Below, one piece after another: positions 49,073-58,532 of a stretch of DNA of 64,000 nt (its first letter is position 1; the number at the start of each line of letters is the position of its first letter). Origin of the DNA: an uncultured Actinomycetes bacterium (GTDB lineage: Bacteria > Actinomycetota > Actinomycetes > Nanopelagicales > Nanopelagicaceae). The DNA lies in contig CAIUXE010000102.1 in assembly GCA_903902965.1 (NCBI GenBank), positions 1,803 to 65,802 of the forward strand, read 5' to 3'. The position numbers and the translations under genes were made by a program. The notes below the pieces were generated by a model. It made no database searches. It was given only the letters and a program-made list of their open reading frames with translations, and was not told the DNA's origin.

Positions 49073-50104
49073 CTAACCTAGAATTTTTACCAACTTTGTG
49101 GCTGCAATTTCAATTTGCTCTGTGCTTACATCCATATGTGTAACTAAGCGCAAATACTTTGGACCTAGCGCACTCCCGAAAACGCCTTCTGCTCTTAGCG
49201 CAGCGCTGGCTTGGCTGGCATTTAATCTATGAGATTTCAGATTCAACCCCACAATATTTGAATCAACATGCTTGGGATCTACCACATCTGGAGATATCGA
49301 ATGGATTGCTTTTGCCAAAATTTGAGCGTGATGATGATCATCTGCCAATCGTGAAATGTTTTTATCAAGTGCATAATGCGCTGCAGATGCAAGAATTCCA
49401 ACTTGACGCATTCCAGCACCTAATCGTTTCCGCAATACTCGTGCAGTTGCTATTTTTTCTTTACTAGAAAGTAAAATTGAACCGATTGGCGCACCTAGGC
49501 CTTTCGATAAACAAACACTTATGGTTTCAAAATATTTTCCATATTCCAATAATGGTGTACCAGTTGCTACATGTGCATTCCAGATCCGAGCGCCATCTAA
49601 ATGTAATGAAATTCCAACTTCTTTACTTTGTAAATACAACTTTGCAATTTCGCTAATCGGCTGAATAGTTCCACCACCAAAATTATGTGTGTTCTCAATT
49701 GCGATTGCTGCTGTGGAAACTAAATATGCACCGGCATCTGGTCTAGCCAATCGAATTGCTTCATCAGCATTTAACAATCCACGTTCTGCGTGCCATGTCC
49801 GAGTAGTGATGCCACCTTGCGCAGCACCTGCGCCCAACTCCGCACGCACCACATGTGCATCTTCTTCGCAAAGTAACTCTTCCCCCGGTTTTACAAGTAA
49901 GCGAATTCCCAATTGATTAGCCATTGATCCAGTTGGTGTAAATAACCCCGATTCTTTTCCAAACATTTTTGCTACACGTTCTTCGAGTGAGTTAACAGTT
50001 GGGTCCTCACCGTAAACATCATCACCAACTTCAGCGCTTGCCATAGCAAGTCGCATTCCTTCAGTTGGCTTAGTGAGGGTGTCAGATCGAAGATCAATAT
50101 TCAT
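49073..50104 (-). CDS. ltaE: low-specificity L-threonine aldolase
   Basis: 343 aa. N-terminus DLRSDTLTKPTEGMRLAMASAEVGDDVYGEDPTVN is typical of the threonine aldolase family. Confidence 0.85.
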   Translation of the reverse strand: MNIDLRSDTLTKPTEGMRLAMASAEVGDDVYGEDPTVNSLEERVAKMFGKESGLFTPTGSMANQLGIRLLVKPGEELLCEEDAHVVRAELGAGAAQGGITTRTWHAERGLLNADEAIRLARPDAGAYLVSTAAIAIENTHNFGGGTIQPISEIAKLYLQSKEVGISLHLDGARIWNAHVATGTPLLEYGKYFETISVCLSKGLGAPIGSILLSSKEKIATARVLRKRLGAGMRQVGILASAAHYALDKNISRLADDHHHAQILAKAIHSISPDVVDPKHVDSNIVGLNLKSHRLNASQASAALRAEGVFGSALGPKYLRLVTHMDVSTEQIEIAATKLVKILG

Positions 50105-50129
50105 GCGGTGAGATTATCGGTTTTGCCTT

Positions 50130-50164
50130 AAAACCCAAATGGCCCTGGATTTTCATCCAGAGCC
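50130..50164 (-). terminator. Rho-independent terminator-like hairpin after the 50196-50741 gene
   Basis: Minus-strand RNA forms GGCUCUGGAU-GAAA-AUCCAGGGCC (10 bp including one G-U) followed by AUUUGGGUUUU. Confidence 0.55.
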
Positions 50165-50195
50165 AAAGGGCAATCCCCCACGGAGAGTTAGGGGA

Positions 50196-50741
50196 CTAGA
50201 TCGTCGCCTCTTCAGGAGTGCGACGAAGATGCCTGTATCCCAATATCGTCATTAGCAACATAAGTGCTCCAGCTAATAAAGCTGCGTATGAAGATAGTTT
50301 GGCGATCTGTCCTAACTGCCAAAATGCAAATGCGGTTAACAATGTTCCTCTTAATGTTTCTCCACGAAACAAAGTTTGCACTTGCTCAGCCAATGCCGCA
50401 TCTGTTGGATTTTCCCGAGAGAGAGTACTGACTTCCGAATAAGTTTTTCCGCCAGCCATCAACTTTAAATGTTCGGCAATGTAATGGTCGGCATACATCT
50501 GTGCCTGTTTTCCAGTTGTCATCTGCATGCCGCCGTACTGCTGCAAAGTTGGATAAGTTTCTGCATCAAACCCCGGTGATCCTTTTTCTGGAAAATAAAT
50601 ATTTTGTGCTGACAATTGAGATTTCACAGTGTTATCTGCAAATGAATAACCCCAATTAAGCAACCCAGCTGCAACAATTAAAAATACGCTTAAACCTAAT
50701 CCTACTAGGCTTACCATTGCATCAAATCTTTTTCTTCTCAT
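50196..50741 (-). CDS. hypothetical membrane protein (TM at each end, extracytoplasmic middle)
   Basis: 181 aa. Hydrophobic segments near both termini and no motif I recognise. Confidence 0.55.
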   Translation of the reverse strand: MRRKRFDAMVSLVGLGLSVFLIVAAGLLNWGYSFADNTVKSQLSAQNIYFPEKGSPGFDAETYPTLQQYGGMQMTTGKQAQMYADHYIAEHLKLMAGGKTYSEVSTLSRENPTDAALAEQVQTLFRGETLRGTLLTAFAFWQLGQIAKLSSYAALLAGALMLLMTILGYRHLRRTPEEATI

Positions 50742-50915
50742 GGTTACATCTCTCCCTGCATTTAGAAGACTTTTGCCTTCATCTCTATTGAACTCCTGAT
50801 CAATAGGCAGGATTTACAAATATACGGGGGCTACCCCTAAGTGTGAATTGTTGAGTGCTGACACTTAGATATAGATCACAAATAAAACTAAAATTGCGTT
50901 AGTGAAATGCAAAAG

Positions 50916-51227
50916 TTAAATGTGTCTAGTGCAGATTTGCTTTCCATCTGGGCCAATTTCAAGATGGCTGCAAGCTACATTTATTTTATCAAAAGCAGCA
51001 TCTCCAAAATGAGAGCGATAAGCAAGAGCTAACAAAACTCTAATGTTTATGTCGGGTGCTGATTTAAGTGCAAATGCTTTTGCTAGTCGTGAAATAGTAT
51101 TTTCAATTACTTTCTCAGTGTGAGCAGTTTTAATTGCGATAGCGCCGTTAGAAAGTCCGTCGCACATATGTTTACCTACGAGATGCTCGAAAGGTGTTAA
51201 CTCTCGGGTCAGAATGGTTAAATCCAT
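50916..51227 (-). CDS. small LuxR/GerE-type HTH protein (no receiver or ligand domain)
   Basis: 103 aa with LTPFEHLVGKHMCDGLSNGAIAIKTAHTEKVIENTISRLAKAF. GGAGA lies upstream of the ATG. Confidence 0.6.
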   Translation of the reverse strand: MDLTILTRELTPFEHLVGKHMCDGLSNGAIAIKTAHTEKVIENTISRLAKAFALKSAPDINIRVLLALAYRSHFGDAAFDKINVACSHLEIGPDGKQICTRHI

Positions 51228-51269
51228 TGGACTCTCCGTTCATCCGTGAATCGTTTATTGAATTATTCG

Positions 51270-51342
51270 GGCCGAAGAGGGGAATCGAACCCCTAACCGC
51301 CCGATTACAAGTCGGGTGCGCTACCAATTGCGCCACTTCGGC
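51270..51342 (-). tRNA. tRNA-Thr (anticodon TGT)
   Basis: Reverse complement reads GCCGAAG-TG-GCGC-AATTGGTA-GCGC-A-CCCGA-CTTGTAA-TCGGG-CGGTT-AGGGG-TTCGATT-CCCCT-CTTCGGC-C. CCA is not encoded. Confidence 0.9.
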
Positions 51343-51426
51343 AATGCAGGAGTTCAAAACCCCAACGGGATAATTATGGCAGGTTTATCTTCCCTACAGA
51401 AATAATCACTTGCTAGGCTCGCGACC

Positions 51427-52296
51427 ATGAAAATCACAATGACTGGCGCATTAGGCCGAATCGGAAAAGTTACCACCCAACTCCTCGTAGATCGTGGCCA
51501 TGAGGTGGTCGCAGTCGATATTGCAGACGGGCCAGTGCCTGCTGGCGTCAAATTGCATGTGGGTGATTTAACAGATCTTGATTTTGCCGACAAAGTAGTA
51601 GCCGGCTCAGATGCGGTGATCCATATGGCTGGAATTCCAAGCCCAAGAGATGAACGCCAATACAACATCTACAAAAACAACGTCAATTCAACTTTTGCAA
51701 TTTTCAGCGCTGCGGCAAATGCAAAATGCCGCGTCGTTGCATATGCATCAAGTTGTTCTGCATACGGCCAAGCATGGTCAGATGAATGGACTTCACCAAT
51801 CTATGCACCTATGACTGAACCACACCCACTTATGTGCACCGAGAGTTATTCACTTTGCAAAGAGGCGAATGAACAAGCCGCTTTAATGTGGTCCAAGCGC
51901 AGCAATACTACTTTTGTTGGTTTTCGTTTTCCTTATACAAATAATATGGATGAACTTGAAGATTTTGCGATTAAATTTAATCATCATGACGCTGAACTCG
52001 CTAAAACTGCAGCAAAAATTGGTTGGGCATACTTAGATGCACGCGATGCAGCCGCAGCTCTTGAACTTACAGTTCGCAGTGATCTAAAAGGTGCTCAGGT
52101 ATTTAACTTGATGGCGCCCGACACAATGGCAATTGAAACCACAGACAAATTGTTAGCTAAATACCACCCAACAACTGAGTTGCGTGGAGATTTCTCTGGT
52201 TATCAATCTATCTTTAGCTCTGACCACTGGTTAGAGGTGATGGGTTACAAACCCCAGCACCTCTTCGACCGTGAAAAAATTAGAAACGCGAAATAA
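51427..52296 (+). CDS. NAD-dependent epimerase/dehydratase family protein
   Basis: 289 aa with Rossmann motif MTGALGRIG and YSLCK (YxxxK). Confidence 0.8.
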   Translation: MKITMTGALGRIGKVTTQLLVDRGHEVVAVDIADGPVPAGVKLHVGDLTDLDFADKVVAGSDAVIHMAGIPSPRDERQYNIYKNNVNSTFAIFSAAANAKCRVVAYASSCSAYGQAWSDEWTSPIYAPMTEPHPLMCTESYSLCKEANEQAALMWSKRSNTTFVGFRFPYTNNMDELEDFAIKFNHHDAELAKTAAKIGWAYLDARDAAAALELTVRSDLKGAQVFNLMAPDTMAIETTDKLLAKYHPTTELRGDFSGYQSIFSSDHWLEVMGYKPQHLFDREKIRNAK

Positions 52297-52297
52297 T

Positions 52298-53476
52298 TTA
52301 AACGGTTGGCGTTGTGTAAAGAACTTTTCCGCCAACCTTTATTTCTGTTTCAACTAAATACTTTTTGACTGCCGCTAAGTTAATTTCAAGACCGATGCCA
52401 GGGCGATCTGGAATAGTGATCATTCCATCGCTTTCGACTTCAATCTTATCTACAGTTAATTCAACACAAAGAGATTTTGGTTCCATTGGATACTCGGTAA
52501 TCCAAGAGTCTTTGAGACCAGCAAATGGCTGCAATGATGCTGAAAGTGCTGAGTGCGAAGTAAAGGTGTGATTAACGAATTGCACCCCACGTGTTTTTGC
52601 ATACTGAGCAACACGATATGCATCGCCAATTCCACCAATATATCCAGTATCAATTTGTACAAATCCAACACCACCATGATCAATTAAATGTTCAGCTTGA
52701 TATGGGTTATGTGCACCTTCGCCGCCAGCTAATTTAACTTTAGGTGTCCGCTTTGCTAATTCGCCGTATGAGGCCAAAGCTGCAGCATCAAATGGTTCTT
52801 CGTACCAAAGTACATTTGCATCAGACAATGCTTGCAATCTTGCAGCAGCTGCTTCTACATCCTCATGGAAAATAGTTCCGGCATCAATCATTAAATGTGC
52901 ATCGGCGCCAATGCCCTCACGTGCAGCGTGAATATGGTCTGCATCATCTTGCACACTTCCACGACCAAAAGGTCCCCAGCCAAATTTAATTGCACTAAAG
53001 CCAACTTTTCTAATATCACTTGCTTTCTTCAAAGTTTCTTCTACAGTATCGCCAAATAAAACTGAAGCATATGGAAGTTTGCGAGTAGCTTCTTTATAGC
53101 CAAGCAATTTATAAATAGGCTCTTCTTTAACTTGTCCAAGCAAATCCCAAAGCGCAATTTCAATTCCAGAAAGAGTTAGGTCGCTTTGAATAATTGCATA
53201 GAAAGAGTTTGCACGTACTTTACGGGTAATTGCGAATATATCTTCTGGTGAATTTAATTGCTCACCTAAAACTGAATCAATTACTGGATGACAAGCGCTG
53301 TGCGACATTGGCGCAATCCAACTTGCGATCGAAGTTAGTGGCGATGCCTCTGCTTCACCCCATCCAACATAACCGTCTGCAGTAACGCGAACTAACAATG
53401 CATCTTGACTGCCATCACCGATATCAAGGACCTCTGGCATACGTAAATAAAATAGATCTACTGAATCGATTTTCAT
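52298..53476 (-). CDS. enolase-superfamily enzyme (mandelate racemase/muconate lactonizing family)
   Basis: 392 aa with ALWDLLGQ and candidate metal ligands in LMIDAGT / LWYEEP / AGGEG. Confidence 0.8.
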   Translation of the reverse strand: MKIDSVDLFYLRMPEVLDIGDGSQDALLVRVTADGYVGWGEAEASPLTSIASWIAPMSHSACHPVIDSVLGEQLNSPEDIFAITRKVRANSFYAIIQSDLTLSGIEIALWDLLGQVKEEPIYKLLGYKEATRKLPYASVLFGDTVEETLKKASDIRKVGFSAIKFGWGPFGRGSVQDDADHIHAAREGIGADAHLMIDAGTIFHEDVEAAAARLQALSDANVLWYEEPFDAAALASYGELAKRTPKVKLAGGEGAHNPYQAEHLIDHGGVGFVQIDTGYIGGIGDAYRVAQYAKTRGVQFVNHTFTSHSALSASLQPFAGLKDSWITEYPMEPKSLCVELTVDKIEVESDGMITIPDRPGIGLEINLAAVKKYLVETEIKVGGKVLYTTPTV

Positions 53477-53495
53477 GGCTTACCTTTCTCAACGG

Positions 53496-54272
53496 TTACG
53501 AAAGTGTAATTGGCTCCCGGTGCTTTGCAACCCTGCCATCCCCTGATGAGATGCCCCTAATTCGGCGTGATATCCAAGGAATCAAGAAAGTAATAATCCA
53601 ATTCATCTCTATCCGAGCACTTTCAAGCTTCCCCAATTCTGGAAGGGGTACCAATGGAGCATTCCAATTTGGATCAAAATCTGCCCCTATAAGTTGTAAA
53701 ACTGATTCGGCGACTCTCGCATGACCAGCGGGGTTCAAATGCAGCCGATCCGCATCCAAGAATCTGCGCGAGGCAATATCTGGATCTAAATTAGCATCAG
53801 CAACAATCGCACCTACTTCTGCGGCAATTGCTCTCACGTTGTTATTAAAAGTACTAAATCTTTGGTGCCACAACTCCTGCATTTTCCCAGATTTTGCTAC
53901 TCGCTCAATTGCAGTAAATAGAAGTAATTGGGCTCCAGTGGCCGCAAGCTTTCGCACCGCTTCTCGATACTGTGGCAACACAACCTCTGGAACATATCCG
54001 GGACGTAAAACATCATTTGCTCCTGCATGAAATGAAAGAAGTGTTGTTGGGCCTTCTATCCATTTCATAGCTTCTGGAATTTGATCTTCAATCACCTGTG
54101 AAAGCAATTTTCCGCGTATTGCTAAATTGTAAAAAGAAAAATCAGATTTTTTTAAAGCTACGCGCTCTGCAACCCGATCTGCCCATCCTTTGAATTGACC
54201 ATCAAATTGGATATCCCCAACACCTTCAGTGAATGAATCACCTAAAGCAATAAATCGAGAATACCTAATCAT
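53496..54272 (-). CDS. SGNH/GDSL-family hydrolase
   Basis: 258 aa. Block I is ALGDSFTEG, and a DRLHLN-type block V lies near the C-terminus. Confidence 0.8.
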   Translation of the reverse strand: MIRYSRFIALGDSFTEGVGDIQFDGQFKGWADRVAERVALKKSDFSFYNLAIRGKLLSQVIEDQIPEAMKWIEGPTTLLSFHAGANDVLRPGYVPEVVLPQYREAVRKLAATGAQLLLFTAIERVAKSGKMQELWHQRFSTFNNNVRAIAAEVGAIVADANLDPDIASRRFLDADRLHLNPAGHARVAESVLQLIGADFDPNWNAPLVPLPELGKLESARIEMNWIITFLIPWISRRIRGISSGDGRVAKHREPITLS

Positions 54273-54273
54273 T

Positions 54274-55272
54274 TTATTTTATAGCTTTCCTTTTTTCCGA
54301 AATTGAGAACAGTGCGATTGCCGCCGCAATACTGGCGTTTAATGATTCCATTTCTGAAGACATTGGAATTGAAACTACTAAATCGCAATGCTCACGCACT
54401 AAGCGAGATAGACCTTTACCTTCTCCACCAACAATTAACAGCAAAGGTTCTGTTGCTGCAGCTAATTCACCGATTAACGCTTCACCATCTGCATCTAATC
54501 CAATTACAAAGTAACCCTCTTTTTGTACTTCCTGAATCGTTGCTACTAAATTGCGAATTTGTGTAACAGGTGTTCTTGCCGCGGCACCAGCTGATGCTTT
54601 CCATGCAACTGCACTCATTCCGGCAGAACGTCGCTCTGGAACTACAACACCATGTGCGCCAAAAGCACACGCACTTCGAACAATTGCACCAAGGTTACGA
54701 GGATCGGTTACTCCATCAAGTGCTACAAAAAGTGGAACACCTTCTACTTTCCCGCGTACATCATCAAACTCTTTATAAACATATGGTGAAATTCGCAGTG
54801 CAATTCCTTGATGAGCAGGATAAGCATCCAACTCTCGTCTTGCGCATTCCTCTATCGGAATTTTCTTCTCGCGTGCCAATTCAACGATTTCACGAACTCG
54901 ATCATCAATATCAATTCCGCGTGCCATTAAAACTTTACGTGATGGCATTTCAGCACGTAACGCTTCTAATACTGGATTTCGCCCGACAATAATGTCTTCT
55001 TCAAGCGGAGTTTCACGGCCTGCAGATCTTGGAGTACGAGCTACAGATTTAGATCTTGCTCCATCACCTACGCCGCTCTGCTCCGTTGATCTTCTTGAAT
55101 CTCTAGTTCCGGGTCTTTTGGCGCCAGCTTTTGCAGGTTTACCTTTTTTCGCTGCCGCTTTTTTGCGCTTTGCAGCAGGGTGATATGTGCGATCTTCAGC
55201 TTTTGGCGTCGGACCTTTTCCAGCTAAACGTCTCTTGTTATTTCCACCAGTACCAACTTTTTTCTTAACCAC
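54274..55272 (-). CDS. rlmB: 23S rRNA (guanosine2251-2'-O)-methyltransferase (TrmH/SpoU family)
   Basis: 332 aa. Lys/Arg-rich N-terminal extension and SpoU motifs (LIVGGEGKGLSRLV, ESLNASIAAAIALF). Downstream of cysS as in mycobacteria. Confidence 0.85.
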   Translation of the reverse strand: MVKKKVGTGGNNKRRLAGKGPTPKAEDRTYHPAAKRKKAAAKKGKPAKAGAKRPGTRDSRRSTEQSGVGDGARSKSVARTPRSAGRETPLEEDIIVGRNPVLEALRAEMPSRKVLMARGIDIDDRVREIVELAREKKIPIEECARRELDAYPAHQGIALRISPYVYKEFDDVRGKVEGVPLFVALDGVTDPRNLGAIVRSACAFGAHGVVVPERRSAGMSAVAWKASAGAAARTPVTQIRNLVATIQEVQKEGYFVIGLDADGEALIGELAAATEPLLLIVGGEGKGLSRLVREHCDLVVSIPMSSEMESLNASIAAAIALFSISEKRKAIK

Positions 55273-55278
55273 TTTTGT

Positions 55279-56679
55279 CTACCTATTCTCACCACGAGTG
55301 ATGGTCCATCGCGGACCGCTCGAAGTATCTTCGATGGAAATCCCAACTGCAGAGATTGCATCCCGAATGCGATCTGCACTCTGCCAATCTTGACGAATTC
55401 TGGCCTCTTCTCGCTCTGCAAGAGCAAGTTTGACCAAGCCATCGACAATTTCAGTTAAATCATTACTTTCATCACCAACCCAATTGTCATCAAATGGGTC
55501 ACATCCTAAAATTGAAAGCGCACCACGTACGTACGCTGCGTTTTCAGAAATAGTTTTTTTATCATTTGCAGTTATTGCGGCATTACCTGATCGCACTAAC
55601 TCAGCGATAGTTGCTAATCCCTCTGGTACCGCTAAATCATTATCCATAGCAGCAGCAAAATCTTTAGAAATTTTGATTTCAGGATTTTGACCAATAATTT
55701 CTTTCGCACGTTTCAAAAAGTTTTCTACTCTGCGGAACCCGGCTGCTGATTCCTCAAGTGCTTCTGGCGAATACTCCAACATAGAACGATATTGAGCACT
55801 TCCTAAATACCAACGTAATTCAATTCCACGCACTTTGCTCAACAACTCATTCACTCGCAATGAATTACCGAGTGATTTACTCATTTTCTCACCAGCTGTA
55901 GTAACCCATGCGTTGTGCATCCACAGTTTTGCAAATGGATAACCCGCTGCATTTGATTGGGCAATTTCATTTTCATGATGTGGGAAAACTAGATCTAGTC
56001 CTCCACCATGAATATCAAAGGCCTCGCCTAAATAAGCATGTGCCATCGCTGAACATTCAATGTGCCAACCTGGTCGTCCTGCGCCCCACGGAGTTGGCCA
56101 TGAAGGCTCACCAGATTTAGCACCTTTCCATAATGCAAAATCTTGTGGGTTTTTCTTAAAGCTTTGATCGCCATCAGGTGAAACTAAAAGATCAGCTAAT
56201 TTTTGTTTAGAGATTGTTAAATACTCATCTAGTGAATGAACATCCAGATAAACATCCCCGTTACCTGGCGCATAAGCCTTCCCACGTAAAATCAATTTTT
56301 CAATTAATTCAATCATCTGAGTTATGTGACCGGTGGCGCGTGGTTCATATGTTGGTGGAAGCACATTCAACTCTTTATATGCGTTAGTAAATACTCGCTC
56401 ATACTTAAGCGCTAAGGCCCACCAAGGTATTTCTTCTTTTAAAGCATTTTGTAAAATTTTGTCATCAATATCCGTGACATTTCGAATGAAAGTAACTTGA
56501 AACCCAGAGTGGGTTAACCAGCGACGCAAAATATCAAAATTGATTCCGCTTCTAACATGCCCAATATGAGGCGGGGCTTGCACTGTTGCACCACAGAGAT
56601 AAATAGAAACCGCACCTGGAGTTAGCGGTTTAAAGACTCGAATTTCTCGAGTTGCGCTGTCGTATAGGTGGATGCTCAC
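55279..56679 (-). CDS. cysS: cysteine--tRNA ligase
   Basis: 466 aa with HIGH (PHIGHVRS) and KMSKS (KMSKSLGN) motifs. Confidence 0.95.
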   Translation of the reverse strand: MSIHLYDSATREIRVFKPLTPGAVSIYLCGATVQAPPHIGHVRSGINFDILRRWLTHSGFQVTFIRNVTDIDDKILQNALKEEIPWWALALKYERVFTNAYKELNVLPPTYEPRATGHITQMIELIEKLILRGKAYAPGNGDVYLDVHSLDEYLTISKQKLADLLVSPDGDQSFKKNPQDFALWKGAKSGEPSWPTPWGAGRPGWHIECSAMAHAYLGEAFDIHGGGLDLVFPHHENEIAQSNAAGYPFAKLWMHNAWVTTAGEKMSKSLGNSLRVNELLSKVRGIELRWYLGSAQYRSMLEYSPEALEESAAGFRRVENFLKRAKEIIGQNPEIKISKDFAAAMDNDLAVPEGLATIAELVRSGNAAITANDKKTISENAAYVRGALSILGCDPFDDNWVGDESNDLTEIVDGLVKLALAEREEARIRQDWQSADRIRDAISAVGISIEDTSSGPRWTITRGENR

Positions 56680-56692
56680 TTGGTCAGTCTAA

Positions 56693-57166
56693 CTAACGAG
56701 CAATGAGGACAGTTGCCAGCGCGGCCAATCCTTCGCCAGAGCCGGTGAATCCCATTCCATCAGTAGTGGTGGCTGAGAGGCTCACTCGTGCACCATTCAA
56801 AGCTGAACTAATTGCTTTAATTGCTTCATCTCGCCTTGGACCGATTTTTGGTGAATTACCTATTAATTGTGCGCTCACATTCTGAATCGCAAATTTTTCT
56901 GCAGTAATCAATTTGTAAACTTCAGCTAACAAATTAGCTCCGCTTACTCCAGCCCATTTCGGATCTGAAGTCCCAAAATTACTTCCAAGATCACCAAGCC
57001 TTGCTGCTGAAAGTAATGCATCACAGATTGCGTGCGCGACAACATCTCCATCGGAATGACCCTCACATACCAAACTTTCTGGCCATTGAAGGCAAGCAAT
57101 CCATGCTCCCTTTTTATCGCCAAATTTATGAGCATCAAAACCTATTCCGGTAAACATTTCACTCAT
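56693..57166 (-). CDS. ispF: 2-C-methyl-D-erythritol 2,4-cyclodiphosphate synthase
   Basis: 157 aa with GFDAHKF and HSDGDVVAHA motifs. Confidence 0.95.
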   Translation of the reverse strand: MSEMFTGIGFDAHKFGDKKGAWIACLQWPESLVCEGHSDGDVVAHAICDALLSAARLGDLGSNFGTSDPKWAGVSGANLLAEVYKLITAEKFAIQNVSAQLIGNSPKIGPRRDEAIKAISSALNGARVSLSATTTDGMGFTGSGEGLAALATVLIAR

Positions 57167-57836
57167 TTGTTTCTACCAATCTATTCGCCCACTCTAAATC
57201 TTCTGGTGTTGTAATTTTATGCGCGTTTGGTTCTCCAGCTACAACTCTTACTGGAATTCCGAGTGCCTCAACCAATGCCGCATCATCAGTTGCATCATTT
57301 CCAGATTGGTGCGCACGATGCAAAATTCTTGCACTGAAACCTTGTGGCGTTTGTATCGCTCTGAGCGAAGAACGTAATGGAGTTGACTCGGCAAAATTAT
57401 TTGAATCAATAACTTTTATAGTGTCTATTACTTCAATTCCAGGAACCACTGCATGATCACCTTCTAGTAAAGCATTTATAACTCTCATAGTTTGCGCTTG
57501 CGTTGCAAAACAACGAGCTGCATCATGTACCAAAATAAAGTCAGCATTTTCATTGACTTGGGAAAGCGCTGCGGCAACACTCTTGCTTCGTGCTGCGCCG
57601 CCAGAGATTACTTTTACTTTGTCGCTGCCTGAGAATAATCCTGAAATTTCTAACTCGAAATCTTTCGGTGCCGCAATAATTATTTCATCGACATGCGGAA
57701 AAAGAGATTCGACTGATCGTTGAATTAAAGTTTTACCATTTATGACCACGAGTGCCTTTGGAATTGAAGCACCGAGACGATCACCACTGCCAGCTGCTGG
57801 AATTATTGCCGAAAAAAATTGGCCATTTATTCCCAT
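57159..57836 (-). CDS. ispD: 2-C-methyl-D-erythritol 4-phosphate cytidylyltransferase
   Basis: 225 aa with the IIPAAGSGDRLG motif. Its stop region overlaps the ispF start by 8 nt. Confidence 0.9.
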   Translation of the reverse strand: MGINGQFFSAIIPAAGSGDRLGASIPKALVVINGKTLIQRSVESLFPHVDEIIIAAPKDFELEISGLFSGSDKVKVISGGAARSKSVAAALSQVNENADFILVHDAARCFATQAQTMRVINALLEGDHAVVPGIEVIDTIKVIDSNNFAESTPLRSSLRAIQTPQGFSARILHRAHQSGNDATDDAALVEALGIPVRVVAGEPNAHKITTPEDLEWANRLVETNE

Positions 57837-57848
57837 GGTTTCAGCCGA

Positions 57849-58331
57849 TTAGGAGGCAAGTACCTCGTCGAGAATTACTTCAGCCTTCAACTCATCTGTT
57901 TTCTCGGCGAGCGCTAATTCACTAATTAAAATTTGACGTGCTTTTGCAAGCATCCGCTTCTCGCCGGCAGATAATCCACGGTCGAGATCGCGGCGATAAA
58001 GATCGCGAACAACTTCAGCAACTTTGATTACATCTCCTGAAGCAAGTTTTTCAAGATTTGCTTTGTATCTGCGTGACCAGTTTGTTGGCTCTTCCGTGTA
58101 AGGCTGACGCAAAACTCCAAATACTCGATCTAGCCCGGCGCTATCAACCACATCGCGCACTCCAACTAAATCAACATTTTCAGCAGGGACTCGTACAGTT
58201 AGATCACCTTGAGTCACCTTTAAAACTAAGTAAATCTTCTCTTCGCCCTTGATGGTCCGAGTCTCAATCGCTTCGATTAGAGCAGCTCCGTGATGAGGAT
58301 AAACGACTGTTTCGCCAACTTTAAATGACAT
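57849..58331 (-). CDS. carD: CarD-family RNA-polymerase-binding transcriptional regulator
   Basis: 160 aa. N-terminus [23 protein letters not shown]. Synteny carD-ispD-ispF-cysS. Confidence 0.95.
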   Translation of the reverse strand: MSFKVGETVVYPHHGAALIEAIETRTIKGEEKIYLVLKVTQGDLTVRVPAENVDLVGVRDVVDSAGLDRVFGVLRQPYTEEPTNWSRRYKANLEKLASGDVIKVAEVVRDLYRRDLDRGLSAGEKRMLAKARQILISELALAEKTDELKAEVILDEVLAS

Positions 58332-58532
58332 TTAAGGCCTTTCGAGGGCGTTCTTGGGGTTATTTATAGCCCTAAGTCTACCAGCCAAATGTGAGTAAGA
58401 ACGCGTCAGATTTTTACTATCTTTGCAGGTCAGGGGCTGTATTTTTCGATAAATTGCGGTTGACAAAATATGTAAATCTGTGCCCAACTAAGGATTTCAC
58501 ATTTACCGCCTACGCCAAGGAGAATAGCCACT

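Noticed and set aside
50742-51342. A genomic island integrated at tRNA-Thr.
   Set aside because: By eye there is no integrase or recombinase and no direct repeat of the tRNA 3' end within the window. Only one small gene separates the tRNA from ordinary housekeeping genes. I kept it as a low-interest observation only.
51172-51668. ORFs at 51172-51357 (61 aa) and 51354-51668 (104 aa).
   Set aside because: The first is simply a translation through tRNA-Thr (AEVAQLVAHPTCNRAVRGSIPL is a tRNA-derived artefact). The second is antisense to the epimerase gene start.
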